A DNA stretch of 64,000 bases from positions 32,001 to 96,000 of IMG/VR virus record IMGVR_UViG_3300030419_003589. One strand, written 5' to 3'. Numbering within the stretch: position 1 is the first letter of the stretch; the number at the start of each line of letters is the position of its first letter. The DNA comes from a virus. The notes below the pieces were generated by a model. The model had not been told where the DNA came from. It did no database searches and saw nothing but the letters and a program-made list of their open reading frames with translations. The translations under genes and the position numbers were made by a program. This document shows, piece after piece, positions 21,160 to 31,068 of this stretch.

Positions 21160-21593
21160 TATAGTACCTCTGAAAAACTTTTAACGGTAAAATCTTCTAG
21201 TAGTTTTGGCTTCTTTCCGGTTACACGATATACGTATTTTTGATCTTCGGCATTCTCTGTAATAATTTCAATCTTATTAGAGACATCTATCAGAGACATA
21301 ACGTCTACTTCATCTTCATTGTATAAATAGTACAACTCAAACTTATTGGTAGCCTCAAGTGCGTGACGGGTTGCATCCAGTGTAGTAGTCACCAGATTTC
21401 CGGTGAAGTACCATATATCTGTAGAATTAAACATGCCAAAGTCTGTCTTGATTGGATTGTAGTCTATGTTGTCGTAGAACAAAGATGCGTCATCAAGTTC
21501 TCCGTTTTTTAGACCGGCATTTAACGCAGAAAAGATCTTTTGGTTGCTGCCTTTTTCGGGACTCATAGACCCCACGTAAAACCCTAGGTTCAT
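21159..21593 (-). CDS. Hypothetical protein (glycosyltransferase-fragment-like)
   Basis: Coupled ORF; start MNLGFYV overlaps the fcl stop (ATGA). Alpha/beta pattern, no intact motif. Confidence 0.55.
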   Translation of the reverse strand: MNLGFYVGSMSPEKGSNQKIFSALNAGLKNGELDDASLFYDNIDYNPIKTDFGMFNSTDIWYFTGNLVTTTLDATRHALEATNKFELYYLYNEDEVDVMSLIDVSNKIEIITENAEDQKYVYRVTGKKPKLLEDFTVKSFSEVL

Positions 21594-22537
21594 TTCTTTT
21601 GCTCCTTTAAGAACCACTCTATGGTTCGCTGAAGTCCTGTTTGTAAATCTGTTTTGGCTTTAAAGCCTAATTTTTCTTTTGCCTTACTCACGTCTAAACA
21701 GCGTCTTGGTTGACCATCGGGCTTAGACGTATCATAAAGTATATCCCCTTCAAATCCCATCTGCTCCGCTATTTCGGTAGCGAGGTTCCCAATGGTAATC
21801 TCACTCCCACTTCCAATGTTGATAGGCTCCGGACCAATGTCATTTTGAATAGCTAGAGCTATTGCTTCACAGCAGTCTGGGGCATATAAGAACTCTCTGG
21901 AAACCGTACCCGTCCCCCAAAGGGTAACCTCACGCTTATGATCCCTCATTGCATTATAAAACTTTAAAATAAGGGCTGGTATAACATGGCTACTAGTTAA
22001 ATTAAAATGATCGTATGGGCCATACATGTTTACAGGAATAAGGTTTACACCATTCATTCCGTACTGCTCATGATATGTACTCAAGAGCTTCATTAACGCT
22101 TTCTTTGCGATGCCATACGGGGCATTTGTTTCTTCTGGGTATCCATTCCACAGCTCTTCTTCTTTGAAGGGAACTGGTGTAAATTTAGGATACGCACAGA
22201 CTGTACCTAGTAGTATAAATTTTATGGGCTTATATTTATCGCTATACAATCTAGCCCGCTCTATCATATTAGCACCCATAACTAAGTTCTCATACATGAA
22301 CTTTCCGGGATTTTCTTGGTTTGCACCAATCCCGCCCACGCTTCCGGCGGCATGAACTATCACATCTGGTTGATAATATTCAATAGCCTTCCTGCACGCC
22401 TGTTGGCACCGTAAGTCGTACGGATCAGATCCGATTGATCTTATCAGTAGTTCTGTATGTTCAGAGAGAAATTTAGGTAGATGTTTGCCGATGTTCCTAC
22501 CTAAAAATCCCGTCCCCCCAGTAACTAATACTTTCAT
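21590..22537 (-). CDS. fcl: GDP-L-fucose synthase (GDP-4-keto-6-deoxymannose epimerase/reductase)
   Basis: VTGGTGFLG, HAAGSVGGIGAN, GTVCAYPK, YGIAK, PVNMYGPYD, SHVIPALI, WGTGxxxREFLY, KPDGQPRRCLD. Confidence 0.93.
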   Translation of the reverse strand: MKVLVTGGTGFLGRNIGKHLPKFLSEHTELLIRSIGSDPYDLRCQQACRKAIEYYQPDVIVHAAGSVGGIGANQENPGKFMYENLVMGANMIERARLYSDKYKPIKFILLGTVCAYPKFTPVPFKEEELWNGYPEETNAPYGIAKKALMKLLSTYHEQYGMNGVNLIPVNMYGPYDHFNLTSSHVIPALILKFYNAMRDHKREVTLWGTGTVSREFLYAPDCCEAIALAIQNDIGPEPINIGSGSEITIGNLATEIAEQMGFEGDILYDTSKPDGQPRRCLDVSKAKEKLGFKAKTDLQTGLQRTIEWFLKEQKK

Positions 22538-22553
22538 AGTAGATTTGTTTCCT

Positions 22554-22919
22554 TTAGATCCAAGTTGTTGTTTTTGGAGGAGTGTTATCATCTGAATCAA
22601 CTTCTGAATCGACTTCTGGAGTTGGCTCTGGAGTTGGCTCTGGGGCTGGAGAATATACTGATGGATTATCTACTCTATCTACAATATCTTTGAGGGATGA
22701 GAAGACTACAACATCTGAACCGAAACTGTACTCTTTGTATCTTCTAGCGTCTGCAAGGGGTAGCGCCCTGTAGTTGCCCACCACTTCTCGGAATTTGTTC
22801 TTACTTTCGCCCTTGTAGGCAATAACGTCCAAATCTCCAAGATGAAGATTGGCTTCCTCTGGGGTAACAACCAAGACAGCATTGTCTCCGGATAGGTATT
22901 TGTCTAGTTTTTCACTCAT
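22554..22919 (-). CDS. Hypothetical protein with low-complexity Pro/Glu/Asp tail
   Basis: Coupled ORF; C-terminal PAPEPTPEPTPEVDSEVDSDD. Confidence 0.6.
   Translation of the reverse strand: MSEKLDKYLSGDNAVLVVTPEEANLHLGDLDVIAYKGESKNKFREVVGNYRALPLADARRYKEYSFGSDVVVFSSLKDIVDRVDNPSVYSPAPEPTPEPTPEVDSEVDSDDNTPPKTTTWI
22591..22650. repeat. 12-nt coding tandem repeats (PEPT x2, EVDS x2)
   Basis: tctggagttggc x2 and tctgaatc(a/g)act x2. Confidence 0.8.
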
Positions 22920-23308
22920 TCTTTGTTCTCCTTTATTATTTGTAAGAATTGATCGTAATCTTTTATATATTCTTTATCGTCATGCTCTTCGGAGCATAAG
23001 ACTAGAAGTATATCATTTCCAGTGAGGTATTTTTGGTATCCCCACGTCAGTGTGTCCATGAAAACAGCATCCCCCTCTTTTAATATGAACTCAGAAAAGG
23101 TAGAATTGCCTCTGTCGAGCGTGGCGTGGATTCTTCCCTTGACGCAAACAAGAAGTTGTTTATCTCTCAAGTGTGCGTGATGGCCACGAACGTCCCCTTT
23201 TGGAACATCAGTAACATAGAAAAATCTTTTAGGCTGAAAGTCCGAGAATTTGTTGAGCGCAAATAGGCTTCCATTCTCTCCTTTAAACGCCTTTAAACTT
23301 TTTAGCAT
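22916..23308 (-). CDS. FdtA/QdtA-family cupin (dTDP-4-keto-6-deoxyglucose 3,4-ketoisomerase)
   Basis: KRFFYVTDVPKGDVRGHHAH, QLLVCVKG; typical length of ~130 aa. Confidence 0.85.
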   Translation of the reverse strand: MLKSLKAFKGENGSLFALNKFSDFQPKRFFYVTDVPKGDVRGHHAHLRDKQLLVCVKGRIHATLDRGNSTFSEFILKEGDAVFMDTLTWGYQKYLTGNDILLVLCSEEHDDKEYIKDYDQFLQIIKENKE

Positions 23309-24203
23309 AGTGTATTACTTTTTCAACCTCCTTAAAAGTAAGTTCCTCGTGGAACGGTAGGCTAGCGGTTGTTGTCGATGTTTTTTCAGATTTAGTCAAA
23401 TCAGCGTGTGTAACTTCATAAGGCCTGAAGGCCTTTCCGTGACAGTGCTCATAATGAATACCGCATCCAATTTCTTCTTCCAGCATCTTAGCCAAAAAAC
23501 TATGGTTGTGTTTGACTTCGATTCTGTAGAGATGTCTACTTTTATTATTATAGCCGAAAGCAGAGTTATATACAGAATTAATTTTCTCTAAAACCTCATT
23601 TTTCTCATCTAATTTTTTCAGGTTTTCGTTTGCTACATGGGCCTGAAAAGATGTCCAGTGCATCTTGTATCCTGCTTTGATATGCTTTCTGTTCCAGCTA
23701 TCCTTATCTAAAAAGGTGCCGTTCATTGTCATAAGTTTAAAGTAATCAATTTTATCCTTATTATTAGATACCACGATTCCTCCGTCGCAACCGCTTACAG
23801 GTTTTGTAGGGTAAAAACTAAATACCATAATTGCATCGTCTTTGCCCAAATCCGCGTATTGGTTTTTGGTAACTTCTTGGGCGGAATCAAATATATCGTC
23901 ATGTAAATGATAGCAGCTCCCCACCCATTTCTCATCATTATAGAATCTTATTTTATGCCCCGCGTTAGCCACCATGTTGGGTACAACTACAGGGATAGTA
24001 CTCGGAACTTGAATTACCTGAGATTCAAATCTTTTGAGAGCAAGATATAACAGACTTGAGGCACTGTTTGCGGTGCAGGCATACTTTGCCCCCACGTATT
24101 CAGCAAAGTTTTCCTCGAATTTCCCAACAATGCTTCCGTGGAGCAAATGTGAAAATTCTGAAGTGTCAATTCTATGGTTGGGGATATTAAATAATTGTAT
24201 CAT
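23283..24203 (-). CDS. DegT/DnrJ/EryC1/StrS-family PLP-dependent sugar aminotransferase (compact)
   Basis: FEENFAEYVGAKYA, DSAQ, FSFYPTKPVSGCDGG (Schiff-base Lys), SLPFHEEL. Confidence 0.88.
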   Translation of the reverse strand: MIQLFNIPNHRIDTSEFSHLLHGSIVGKFEENFAEYVGAKYACTANSASSLLYLALKRFESQVIQVPSTIPVVVPNMVANAGHKIRFYNDEKWVGSCYHLHDDIFDSAQEVTKNQYADLGKDDAIMVFSFYPTKPVSGCDGGIVVSNNKDKIDYFKLMTMNGTFLDKDSWNRKHIKAGYKMHWTSFQAHVANENLKKLDEKNEVLEKINSVYNSAFGYNNKSRHLYRIEVKHNHSFLAKMLEEEIGCGIHYEHCHGKAFRPYEVTHADLTKSEKTSTTTASLPFHEELTFKEVEKVIHYAKKFKGV

Positions 24204-24724
24204 TTTATTTTAAACTGAAACATTTTTCCACAGGAACCTACATGCTCTAACATGTCTCTAATAGACTGGTATTCCTCCCTTTCAAAGTCATGGACAAAGA
24301 TATGAGAGTTCTCGTGGCATAGTTCATTACAAATTTTAGCGCACTCAACTCTAGCTCTCCCGTCAATTATAACAACATCATAGGGAGCCCCCTTTAGGGC
24401 TGATTTAATGTATGTTTCAAACTCTTCGTAACTCCCGTCGTTACCTTCGCTACGCTGGTTCTCATGTGGCCCTTCTATGTAGTCTAGATCGGGTTCCGCC
24501 AGTATAAGCTCTACATTCTCTGGAAGCGCTGGTTTTAACTCATCGTACCAAGCCTTCTGGTGCTCTACGGAAACTACCGACTTGGCAATCTCAGACAATT
24601 TAACTGTAGATCTTCCTGAGCCATACTCTAGTACTCGGCTTTCTTTATTTATAAACCAATGAACAAACTCGTGTTCTGCCTGTTCTGTTATTGCCGACCC
24701 GTGCTCATATTTACTACTTAACAT
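24200..24724 (-). CDS. Class I SAM-dependent methyltransferase
   Basis: VLEYGSGRST, SVEH, DVVIIDGRAR, FVHD. Confidence 0.75.
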   Translation of the reverse strand: MLSSKYEHGSAITEQAEHEFVHWFINKESRVLEYGSGRSTVKLSEIAKSVVSVEHQKAWYDELKPALPENVELILAEPDLDYIEGPHENQRSEGNDGSYEEFETYIKSALKGAPYDVVIIDGRARVECAKICNELCHENSHIFVHDFEREEYQSIRDMLEHVGSCGKMFQFKIK

Positions 24725-24725
24725 A

Positions 24726-25487
24726 TTATTTTAGCTCCATATAACAAATCCAAGTATAGTCTAGTTTTTCTAGATAGAAGGTTTGATATTGCAGGACATT
24801 AAGTTCTGATAACAAAGGCTCTGGTGTACCGTAATCTTCCCCAGACCACTCATCTCCCCACCTTGTAATTTCAGCCTTAAATATTGGGTTCATCTCTTGA
24901 TATACCTTTAGATTTTCCATCAAGAATTTAAAATCATCTGGATTACTCTGGTGCTTAGTTCTTTGTCCGGCAACATCAATTATGTAATCCTTCTGACTTA
25001 GTATCTTCTTGGGCGTATAACAATCTCCTTGGGTGGCGGGATAGTTGTCTTCTAGTATAATCCTCTTGAAGCCGAGCTGTTTACATTTTTTGATTCTGGG
25101 TAGACAATTCTGATGGTCGTCAAAGAACACCAAGGTGTGTTCTGGATCTACTTTTGATTTCCAGTCTATATCCAAGAAATCCTCTGTTTCATAGTCAACT
25201 ACGTCAGATGTCCAAATCCTATATTGTGGGGCTGGGTCTATTGATATAACTTTGGTATCCGGACTGGCAATTTGGAGAAACCAAGTTCCTAATCCCTTCC
25301 AAACACCGCTTTCAATCAAGAACTTAGGCTTTATCTTTTTCACCATGTACCAAGCGGGGAACATGTGTGGGGATTTCATCCCTCCTGTATTATCGAAAAT
25401 TGGCCTATTTTCCCAAAGCTCCTTAAACTCATCTAAGTATTTGAGCATATCGTGTTTTTTAAATCTTATTTCTAACATGTCTATCAT
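24726..25487 (-). CDS. Putative methyltransferase-fold protein
   Basis: IESGVWKGLGTW, ISIDP, VFFDDHQ. Confidence 0.6.
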   Translation of the reverse strand: MIDMLEIRFKKHDMLKYLDEFKELWENRPIFDNTGGMKSPHMFPAWYMVKKIKPKFLIESGVWKGLGTWFLQIASPDTKVISIDPAPQYRIWTSDVVDYETEDFLDIDWKSKVDPEHTLVFFDDHQNCLPRIKKCKQLGFKRIILEDNYPATQGDCYTPKKILSQKDYIIDVAGQRTKHQSNPDDFKFLMENLKVYQEMNPIFKAEITRWGDEWSGEDYGTPEPLLSELNVLQYQTFYLEKLDYTWICYMELK

Positions 25488-26167
25488 GATTTTTTTCCTT
25501 TTAGATAGAAGCCCGTTGGATAATTACCTTCTGAGTCAGCCAAGCTTGAAATACCGTTCCTCAAGACGGGGAACATTTCATAATTGTGAGACTCAGCTAC
25601 TTCGATGAAATCATTATAATTGTGATAATATTGAACTGTTTTTATCTCGCGATAAGCTTCGTATTCCACATAATAACTGGGCTCATTGGTAAATTGCATT
25701 CTTTGTAGGTATAAATTGTGTGGTTTTAAATTGAGTAAAAAACTTAATGCCTCGTCCCCATCAGGCATAACATCGAATACAGCACCTTCTAATATACATT
25801 CATATTTCTGTACAATCTCTTCAGTTAGTTGCCAGAGGTCTTGAACGAAGAATTTTTCAGGAGTTCCCCACTGCCTCTTTGCTATGTCAATTGCTTCTTC
25901 AGAGTAATCAGAACCATTGTACTCCACGCCGTTAATGTGACGTTCTATTACCTGTGACGCTGCTCCTACTCCACACCCAATTTCTAGAACGGTTTTGGGC
26001 CGAAAGTGTTCGAGCACGCTCTTCAACTCTAGCCAATGAGGGGGGTATGAAGCCTCGATTATCACAGCGCTTTGATTACTACCGAGTTGCTCAAGATTTA
26101 AAGACAATTGCTTCTCGAAAACCGCCTTGTTTTTCCAAGATTCTTTTAGTTCGTTAAAGTTTGCCAT
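25484..26167 (-). CDS. Class I SAM-dependent methyltransferase
   Basis: TVLEIGCGVG, YNGSDYSEEAIDIAK. Confidence 0.8.
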   Translation of the reverse strand: MANFNELKESWKNKAVFEKQLSLNLEQLGSNQSAVIIEASYPPHWLELKSVLEHFRPKTVLEIGCGVGAASQVIERHINGVEYNGSDYSEEAIDIAKRQWGTPEKFFVQDLWQLTEEIVQKYECILEGAVFDVMPDGDEALSFLLNLKPHNLYLQRMQFTNEPSYYVEYEAYREIKTVQYYHNYNDFIEVAESHNYEMFPVLRNGISSLADSEGNYPTGFYLKGKKS

Positions 26168-26969
26168 AAATTTCCTCCATCAGCGACTTTGCTCCGCCCT
26201 GAAAGTGCAAGGAGTTAAATTTTATATCTTTCTTTAGTCTATTATTGTAGACGAAGGCACTCCCATCTGTAACCTTGACTTTTTTAACACCATTTTCAAA
26301 CTCAAAGTCCTGATCAGACACATTAATATTATGGTCGTAAGTTGAGTCGTCTATGATCGCCATCATTTCGCCAACCCTTCCGGGGCCACCGCCAAACTCT
26401 GAATGGTAGTGGAAGTACTCTAGAAGCGTCATGTCGCATACGCCACCCGGAAGTTTATACCTACGCCTAACCTCAAGATGTGAGGCGATCTTATTGTAGT
26501 GGTACCCACCCTTGTCGGAGTAGATGCTCATCAGCATGTCGCAAAAGTTATTTATACCTTCTAGTGTCATAAATGATGTATGGCCCGAAGTCCTGTGGAC
26601 TAAAGACATCGTGTAGTCACTGAAATTTTTCCACCCCTCTGTGGCGCTCTGAAATAGCATAACATCCGAGTCTATGTACATCGCCGCTGGGATCTGGTGT
26701 TTCTCCATAAAATTTCTAAGCATAAACCATCTAGTATAACAAAACAGCTCATAATCTGGTGGAGTTGTGTTCAGATGCACGTATAGATTAGAGAACTCAT
26801 TCACACCCGCCATATCACCTTGTGGATTGACATATGTGAAATTTTCATTATCTATGGATGGGTCAGCAGAACCCAATAGATAAACCTGATTGTTTTTCAA
26901 GGCTTGATTGATACACGTATATAAATATGGCTGCAAGCCACTATGTATGAGTATTACTGGGACTACCAA
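26154..26969 (-). CDS. Putative GT-A glycosyltransferase
   Basis: MYIDSDVML DxD motif, CDMTLL, SLHFQG. Confidence 0.6.
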   Translation of the reverse strand: MVVPVILIHSGLQPYLYTCINQALKNNQVYLLGSADPSIDNENFTYVNPQGDMAGVNEFSNLYVHLNTTPPDYELFCYTRWFMLRNFMEKHQIPAAMYIDSDVMLFQSATEGWKNFSDYTMSLVHRTSGHTSFMTLEGINNFCDMLMSIYSDKGGYHYNKIASHLEVRRRYKLPGGVCDMTLLEYFHYHSEFGGGPGRVGEMMAIIDDSTYDHNINVSDQDFEFENGVKKVKVTDGSAFVYNNRLKKDIKFNSLHFQGGAKSLMEEIYGKL

Positions 26970-27805
26970 TATGTTCCCCCCTCGATGTCGTTAAAGTTAA
27001 CTGGTTTTGTCGAGTTATCTGGTCTACACCAATGATCGTTGTACATAGGGCCAATGTCTGGGTGCTGATCCCATCTTTTTCCCTTTATTCCGAACATAAT
27101 CTGCAAACCTCCTCCTATGTGAATAGCCTGCTTACCTTGAAACCTAGCATAATCTGCCAGTATTAACCCGTATGCTCCGCATCCTATAATGGCCACGTCG
27201 TAATCTATCTCGTCCATTTTGTTCGTCATGTGTTCTACGCCCGTGGCGAAGTTTAGATCTTCTCTGGACGCAGACAGTCCGCCGCCATTTGTTTGGATTG
27301 ACCTGATGGTTTTTAACTCAAATTCAGGCAGCACCTTTTTGTTATCAAATAGCAGCTCTCTTTTGCTATACTGGTTAGTAATATCCTCATCAAACGGATG
27401 TATGACTAACACCTTCTTACCGGCTAAGGCCTCGCTCCAAGGGTTCTCGAAATAGAATGGTTCCAAAAACCTAAGCTCAAAAAATTCGGCTTGGCTGGCA
27501 AATTTTTCTATGACAATGATCTCATCGTACGAATCCATAGACCCCAAGAAATCAACATTCCTTAACGAGTTTGAATAGCAGTCAAAGAAGAAGTCTAGTG
27601 TGCTGTCGTCACTGGGGGCAACGCCAGCGTTGTTGGCAGCGAAGAATCTGGTCGATTCGGAATAAGCCCCGCTTTGAATCTTGTCGGATAGAATCGTTCT
27701 TTCCACAGCCCCGATTTTAGAAGCCACGAAAGGCTCTCCAGAAAGTATCGCCTCTTTGATCTTATCGTTCCCTTGTACTGCCGGTAATGGCTCTGGTATA
27801 CTCAT
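26963..27805 (-). CDS. Glycosylation-island protein (GT-D-like)
   Basis: LEPFYFENPWSEALAGKKVLVIHPF and YDVAIIGCGAYG...AIHIGGGLQIMFGIKGKRWD, motifs typical of polysaccharide-cluster hypotheticals. Confidence 0.55.
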   Translation of the reverse strand: MSIPEPLPAVQGNDKIKEAILSGEPFVASKIGAVERTILSDKIQSGAYSESTRFFAANNAGVAPSDDSTLDFFFDCYSNSLRNVDFLGSMDSYDEIIVIEKFASQAEFFELRFLEPFYFENPWSEALAGKKVLVIHPFDEDITNQYSKRELLFDNKKVLPEFELKTIRSIQTNGGGLSASREDLNFATGVEHMTNKMDEIDYDVAIIGCGAYGLILADYARFQGKQAIHIGGGLQIMFGIKGKRWDQHPDIGPMYNDHWCRPDNSTKPVNFNDIEGGTYW

Positions 27806-28683
27806 TTAAATTCTCCCAACTCCTTGTTTATTCTTTGATTTATCTTTTCTGGGTCTATAGACTCGGGGTGGCTTCCTGTGAATCGGCCCGTTCTACACTC
27901 TCCGCGAACGCGAGGCTTAAACTCATGAACGCCGTTAAACATGTTCTCTATCTCTATTCTAGTTGATTCGTCGCCTTTTACCCAAGGTAAATAGACATTT
28001 TCAAAATAATTATCTATACAATTTTGCTTTGATACGCTATCCTTATAGTAGCCGACTTTTCTGGCCACCTGTGTTGGGAATACGTATGAATAATGATACA
28101 TAAGCACGTTTGTCATGGCAAAGAAAGTATCGCTATTTATATGCTTACGCTCTATTTCAGATGGGTATTTTATTGTCGGAGGCCTATGGGTCAGCCAAGT
28201 TGATCCCGGCTCATACTTGAATATCCTCAAAAAGTTATCTCTTGCCAACTCAAAGCCTGTGAGATGATGATCTATACCCCCATAGAAAGAACAGCTCGTT
28301 ACGCCAACGCTGGTGGGCTGATGTTCCGAGAGGAAAGCTATGGTTCTCTCCAAGTCCTCTTTCTTATATAGTTCGTCCGAGTCTAGATTCCATAGGTAGT
28401 CTATATCGTCCCTTATGTGTTTCATGTATGCTTTACACTGCTCGTCTTTTTCGGAGTATTGTCCGTGTACAATGCTGATCTTATTATCTGGATCGGGAAA
28501 ATTATCTAGTATCTCGTTCGTCCTGTCGGTAGATGTGGTTCTGCCCTGCCGTTGCCAGTACTCAACTGGCCCCTCTGCTATTAAGATTTGTTCTGCATAG
28601 GGGTAAACCTGCTGTAGACATTCCTCTAAAACATAGTCGCCTTCAAAGACGATCATTCCAAAAGCTATTTTTAAATCAGACAA
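27802..28683 (-). CDS. Glycosyltransferase, GT2-like
   Basis: FGMIVFEGDYVLEECL, LDSDELY DxD motif, YHYSYV. Confidence 0.75.
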   Translation of the reverse strand: MSDLKIAFGMIVFEGDYVLEECLQQVYPYAEQILIAEGPVEYWQRQGRTTSTDRTNEILDNFPDPDNKISIVHGQYSEKDEQCKAYMKHIRDDIDYLWNLDSDELYKKEDLERTIAFLSEHQPTSVGVTSCSFYGGIDHHLTGFELARDNFLRIFKYEPGSTWLTHRPPTIKYPSEIERKHINSDTFFAMTNVLMYHYSYVFPTQVARKVGYYKDSVSKQNCIDNYFENVYLPWVKGDESTRIEIENMFNGVHEFKPRVRGECRTGRFTGSHPESIDPEKINQRINKELGEFK

Positions 28684-29575
28684 AGTTATGTAGCTCCTTC
28701 TTGCTGGGTTCCCAGTCTAAAGTTCTTCTAAGTTTTAAAGAATTGATGGAGTACCTGTAATCCTGCCCCATCCTATTCTCTATAAATTCTACGTGACTTT
28801 TCCAGTCACTGATCCCCTTCCATTCGCAAACCTTTTCTACAATCTCTAGATTTTTCATGTAGTTGTATGCCGAAACATTCCAAGTCTGATCCTCCTCCTC
28901 AGAGAAGCAGATTTTATATATAGCATCAGCATTATCTTTGACGTACAGCCAGTCTCTTACATAGCTCCCGTCGCCATGAATTGGGATTTTCTGACCAGTA
29001 TCTAAACTATGTAGGATCTTTGGTATGAGTTTTTCTGGATACTGTCTGGGGCCGTAGTTATTAGTGCTTCTTACGATTTGGTAATTTACCCCGAAGGTTC
29101 TGGCGTATGCTAGTATTAGCATTTCTGCGGCAGCTTTGGTCGCTGAATAAGGATTGCTTGGATGTAATATACTTTCTTCTGTTTTGTCTTCCTCGTTTAG
29201 GTTTACATCGCCATACACTTCATCTGTGCTTATATGAATAAATTTAGGCTTCTGATACACCTTAGCTCTAAGTAGGCTTAGGATGTTAAATACGCCCTCT
29301 ACGTTGGACTTCAGGAATACTTTGGGGGCTTCTATGGAATTGTCTACATGGGACTCTGCCGCAAAGTTGACAAGTACGTCACAGACTGGTATGTGTGTTA
29401 ATTCACATATATCTTCTTTTATATGTGTGTATTTTGGATTATCATCCCAAGGTAAAGTTTTATTCGATGCATAGGTCATCTTGTCTATGTCTATGACTTC
29501 ATGCCCCTCATCTAAAACTTTTTCAACAAAATGGCTGCCTATAAAGCCCCTACCACCTGTCACTGCAAAAATCAT
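28676..29575 (-). CDS. rmlB: dTDP-glucose 4,6-dehydratase
   Basis: VTGGRGFIGSHF, DKMTYA, NFAAESHVDNS, HISTDEVYG, PSNPYSATKAA, NNYGPRQYPEKLIP, RDWLYVKD. Confidence 0.93.
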   Translation of the reverse strand: MIFAVTGGRGFIGSHFVEKVLDEGHEVIDIDKMTYASNKTLPWDDNPKYTHIKEDICELTHIPVCDVLVNFAAESHVDNSIEAPKVFLKSNVEGVFNILSLLRAKVYQKPKFIHISTDEVYGDVNLNEEDKTEESILHPSNPYSATKAAAEMLILAYARTFGVNYQIVRSTNNYGPRQYPEKLIPKILHSLDTGQKIPIHGDGSYVRDWLYVKDNADAIYKICFSEEEDQTWNVSAYNYMKNLEIVEKVCEWKGISDWKSHVEFIENRMGQDYRYSINSLKLRRTLDWEPSKKELHNFV

Positions 29576-29577
29576 AA

Positions 29578-30447
29578 TTATCCCTCAAAATTGTATTTTT
29601 TATGAATGTGTTTTATCTCTTCAAAATAATCGTCATAGATTTTCTTCAGACCTGCATCCGAACGATACAAATCCTCTGGAGTAAAGCAATGGTGCATTGT
29701 TGATGGGTTGTAGCTATTTTCCTCTACAGAGTAAACGAATTGCGAAAAGTGGCTAAACACTAATTTTTGTTTTTTCCCATGAAAAGTTATACAGCCATCT
29801 TCTGCGTATGTGTCGAAGTAATATAAGTACCATTGCCAAGGAGCGCCATGCCCAATATTTCCGTCTATAAATAGTACGCTTTCTGGTAACGTAGAGAAAA
29901 CGTCTAGATATTTTTGATCTCCACATGTAGCCAGTTCGGGATGTTTTCTGTGTAGAACTGCATCATACCACCATCCTAGATATCTCTGTCCAATCTCTGT
30001 GTTTTTGAAGTGAACTACGCCCACGTTAAACCAGCCATTTCCGTTGGGAACGTCCGGCCTGTATTGCCTATGCCTGAATAACCCTATGTCTCTGGGGCCG
30101 ATCTCATCGAGCAGCCCGTTGATGCTTTGATGGAAGTAAATATCACTATCTATATAAGTTATGGGGGTGTCATTCTTTTCCATTAGGTAGTGCGAGAAGT
30201 ATGACGCTAAGGCGTAAGAATAATATTTCCTATCTTCTGCTTTCAGTTTCTCAAGGTCTGGGTCTTCAAATTCATCAAAGTAAACCTTAAGAGTATCGCT
30301 TTCGTAGCGACTAAGCTTGTCGTATGAATCCTCGTCAAAGCACAAGTAATGCAAAACAAAATCTTCACTCTTTTTTAGCAAAGACTCGTATAGGGCTAGT
30401 CCCTTCGGGAGGAAGTTATAATCTGAGAGAGCGCATAGATGGTTCAT
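29578..30447 (-). CDS. GT-A glycosyltransferase (GT8-like)
   Basis: YIDSDIYF, FNVGVVHF, GDQKYLD. Start moved to MNHLCAL (GAGG RBS). Confidence 0.75.
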   Translation of the reverse strand: MNHLCALSDYNFLPKGLALYESLLKKSEDFVLHYLCFDEDSYDKLSRYESDTLKVYFDEFEDPDLEKLKAEDRKYYSYALASYFSHYLMEKNDTPITYIDSDIYFHQSINGLLDEIGPRDIGLFRHRQYRPDVPNGNGWFNVGVVHFKNTEIGQRYLGWWYDAVLHRKHPELATCGDQKYLDVFSTLPESVLFIDGNIGHGAPWQWYLYYFDTYAEDGCITFHGKKQKLVFSHFSQFVYSVEENSYNPSTMHHCFTPEDLYRSDAGLKKIYDDYFEEIKHIHKKYNFEG

Positions 30448-30449
30448 TT

Positions 30450-31067
30450 TTACCTCGTGCATAAACATTGGTATGGGCGATTACTATTCATGTTAATAGC
30501 CGTTTCTCGCTCCACATCGTAACACGTAAAGCCGTATTCTTCAAGCAGTATCTGTCTGATTTCTGGCCAATCTTCGTCGAAGTGATTCTCTAATAACATT
30601 GTCTGCACCTTATTGGCAGTGTCCTTCATTCCCTTTAGCACCTTCAACTCAGCGCCCTCAACATCTATTTTTATCATCTTAATGTTAGTCTCGTCTTTGA
30701 GGAGGGTGTCTAGTGTAATACTCTCGGCAATGCCTTCCTCTTCAAGCTTTTTAAACGATGTATCGTGATCAAGTATCGTGAATGTCTGATCTGTCACTCC
30801 CTTGTGGTACGTTATAGAACCATCCGAGTCTGATGCGGCAGCGGTTACAAACTCGATGTTTCCCTTATCCTGATATTTTTGTTTTAGATACTCCATATTG
30901 CTCGGTGAAAGCTCTACGCAATAAATTTTACCTGTAAATCCTAGATGGTACGTAAAGTAGCCCATATACACGCCATGACAGGCTCCAACGTCTACCACCG
31001 TATCCCCTGACCTTATTAGTCTAAACCTATCCATGACTTCCATGTTTTTATGGTCGTGTTGATCCAT
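30450..31067 (-). CDS. FkbM-family methyltransferase
   Basis: VVDVGACHG, ITLDTLL, IKIDVEGAELKVLKG. Start moved to MDQHD (GGAGG RBS). Confidence 0.9.
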   Translation of the reverse strand: MDQHDHKNMEVMDRFRLIRSGDTVVDVGACHGVYMGYFTYHLGFTGKIYCVELSPSNMEYLKQKYQDKGNIEFVTAAASDSDGSITYHKGVTDQTFTILDHDTSFKKLEEEGIAESITLDTLLKDETNIKMIKIDVEGAELKVLKGMKDTANKVQTMLLENHFDEDWPEIRQILLEEYGFTCYDVERETAINMNSNRPYQCLCTR

Positions 31068-31068
31068 G

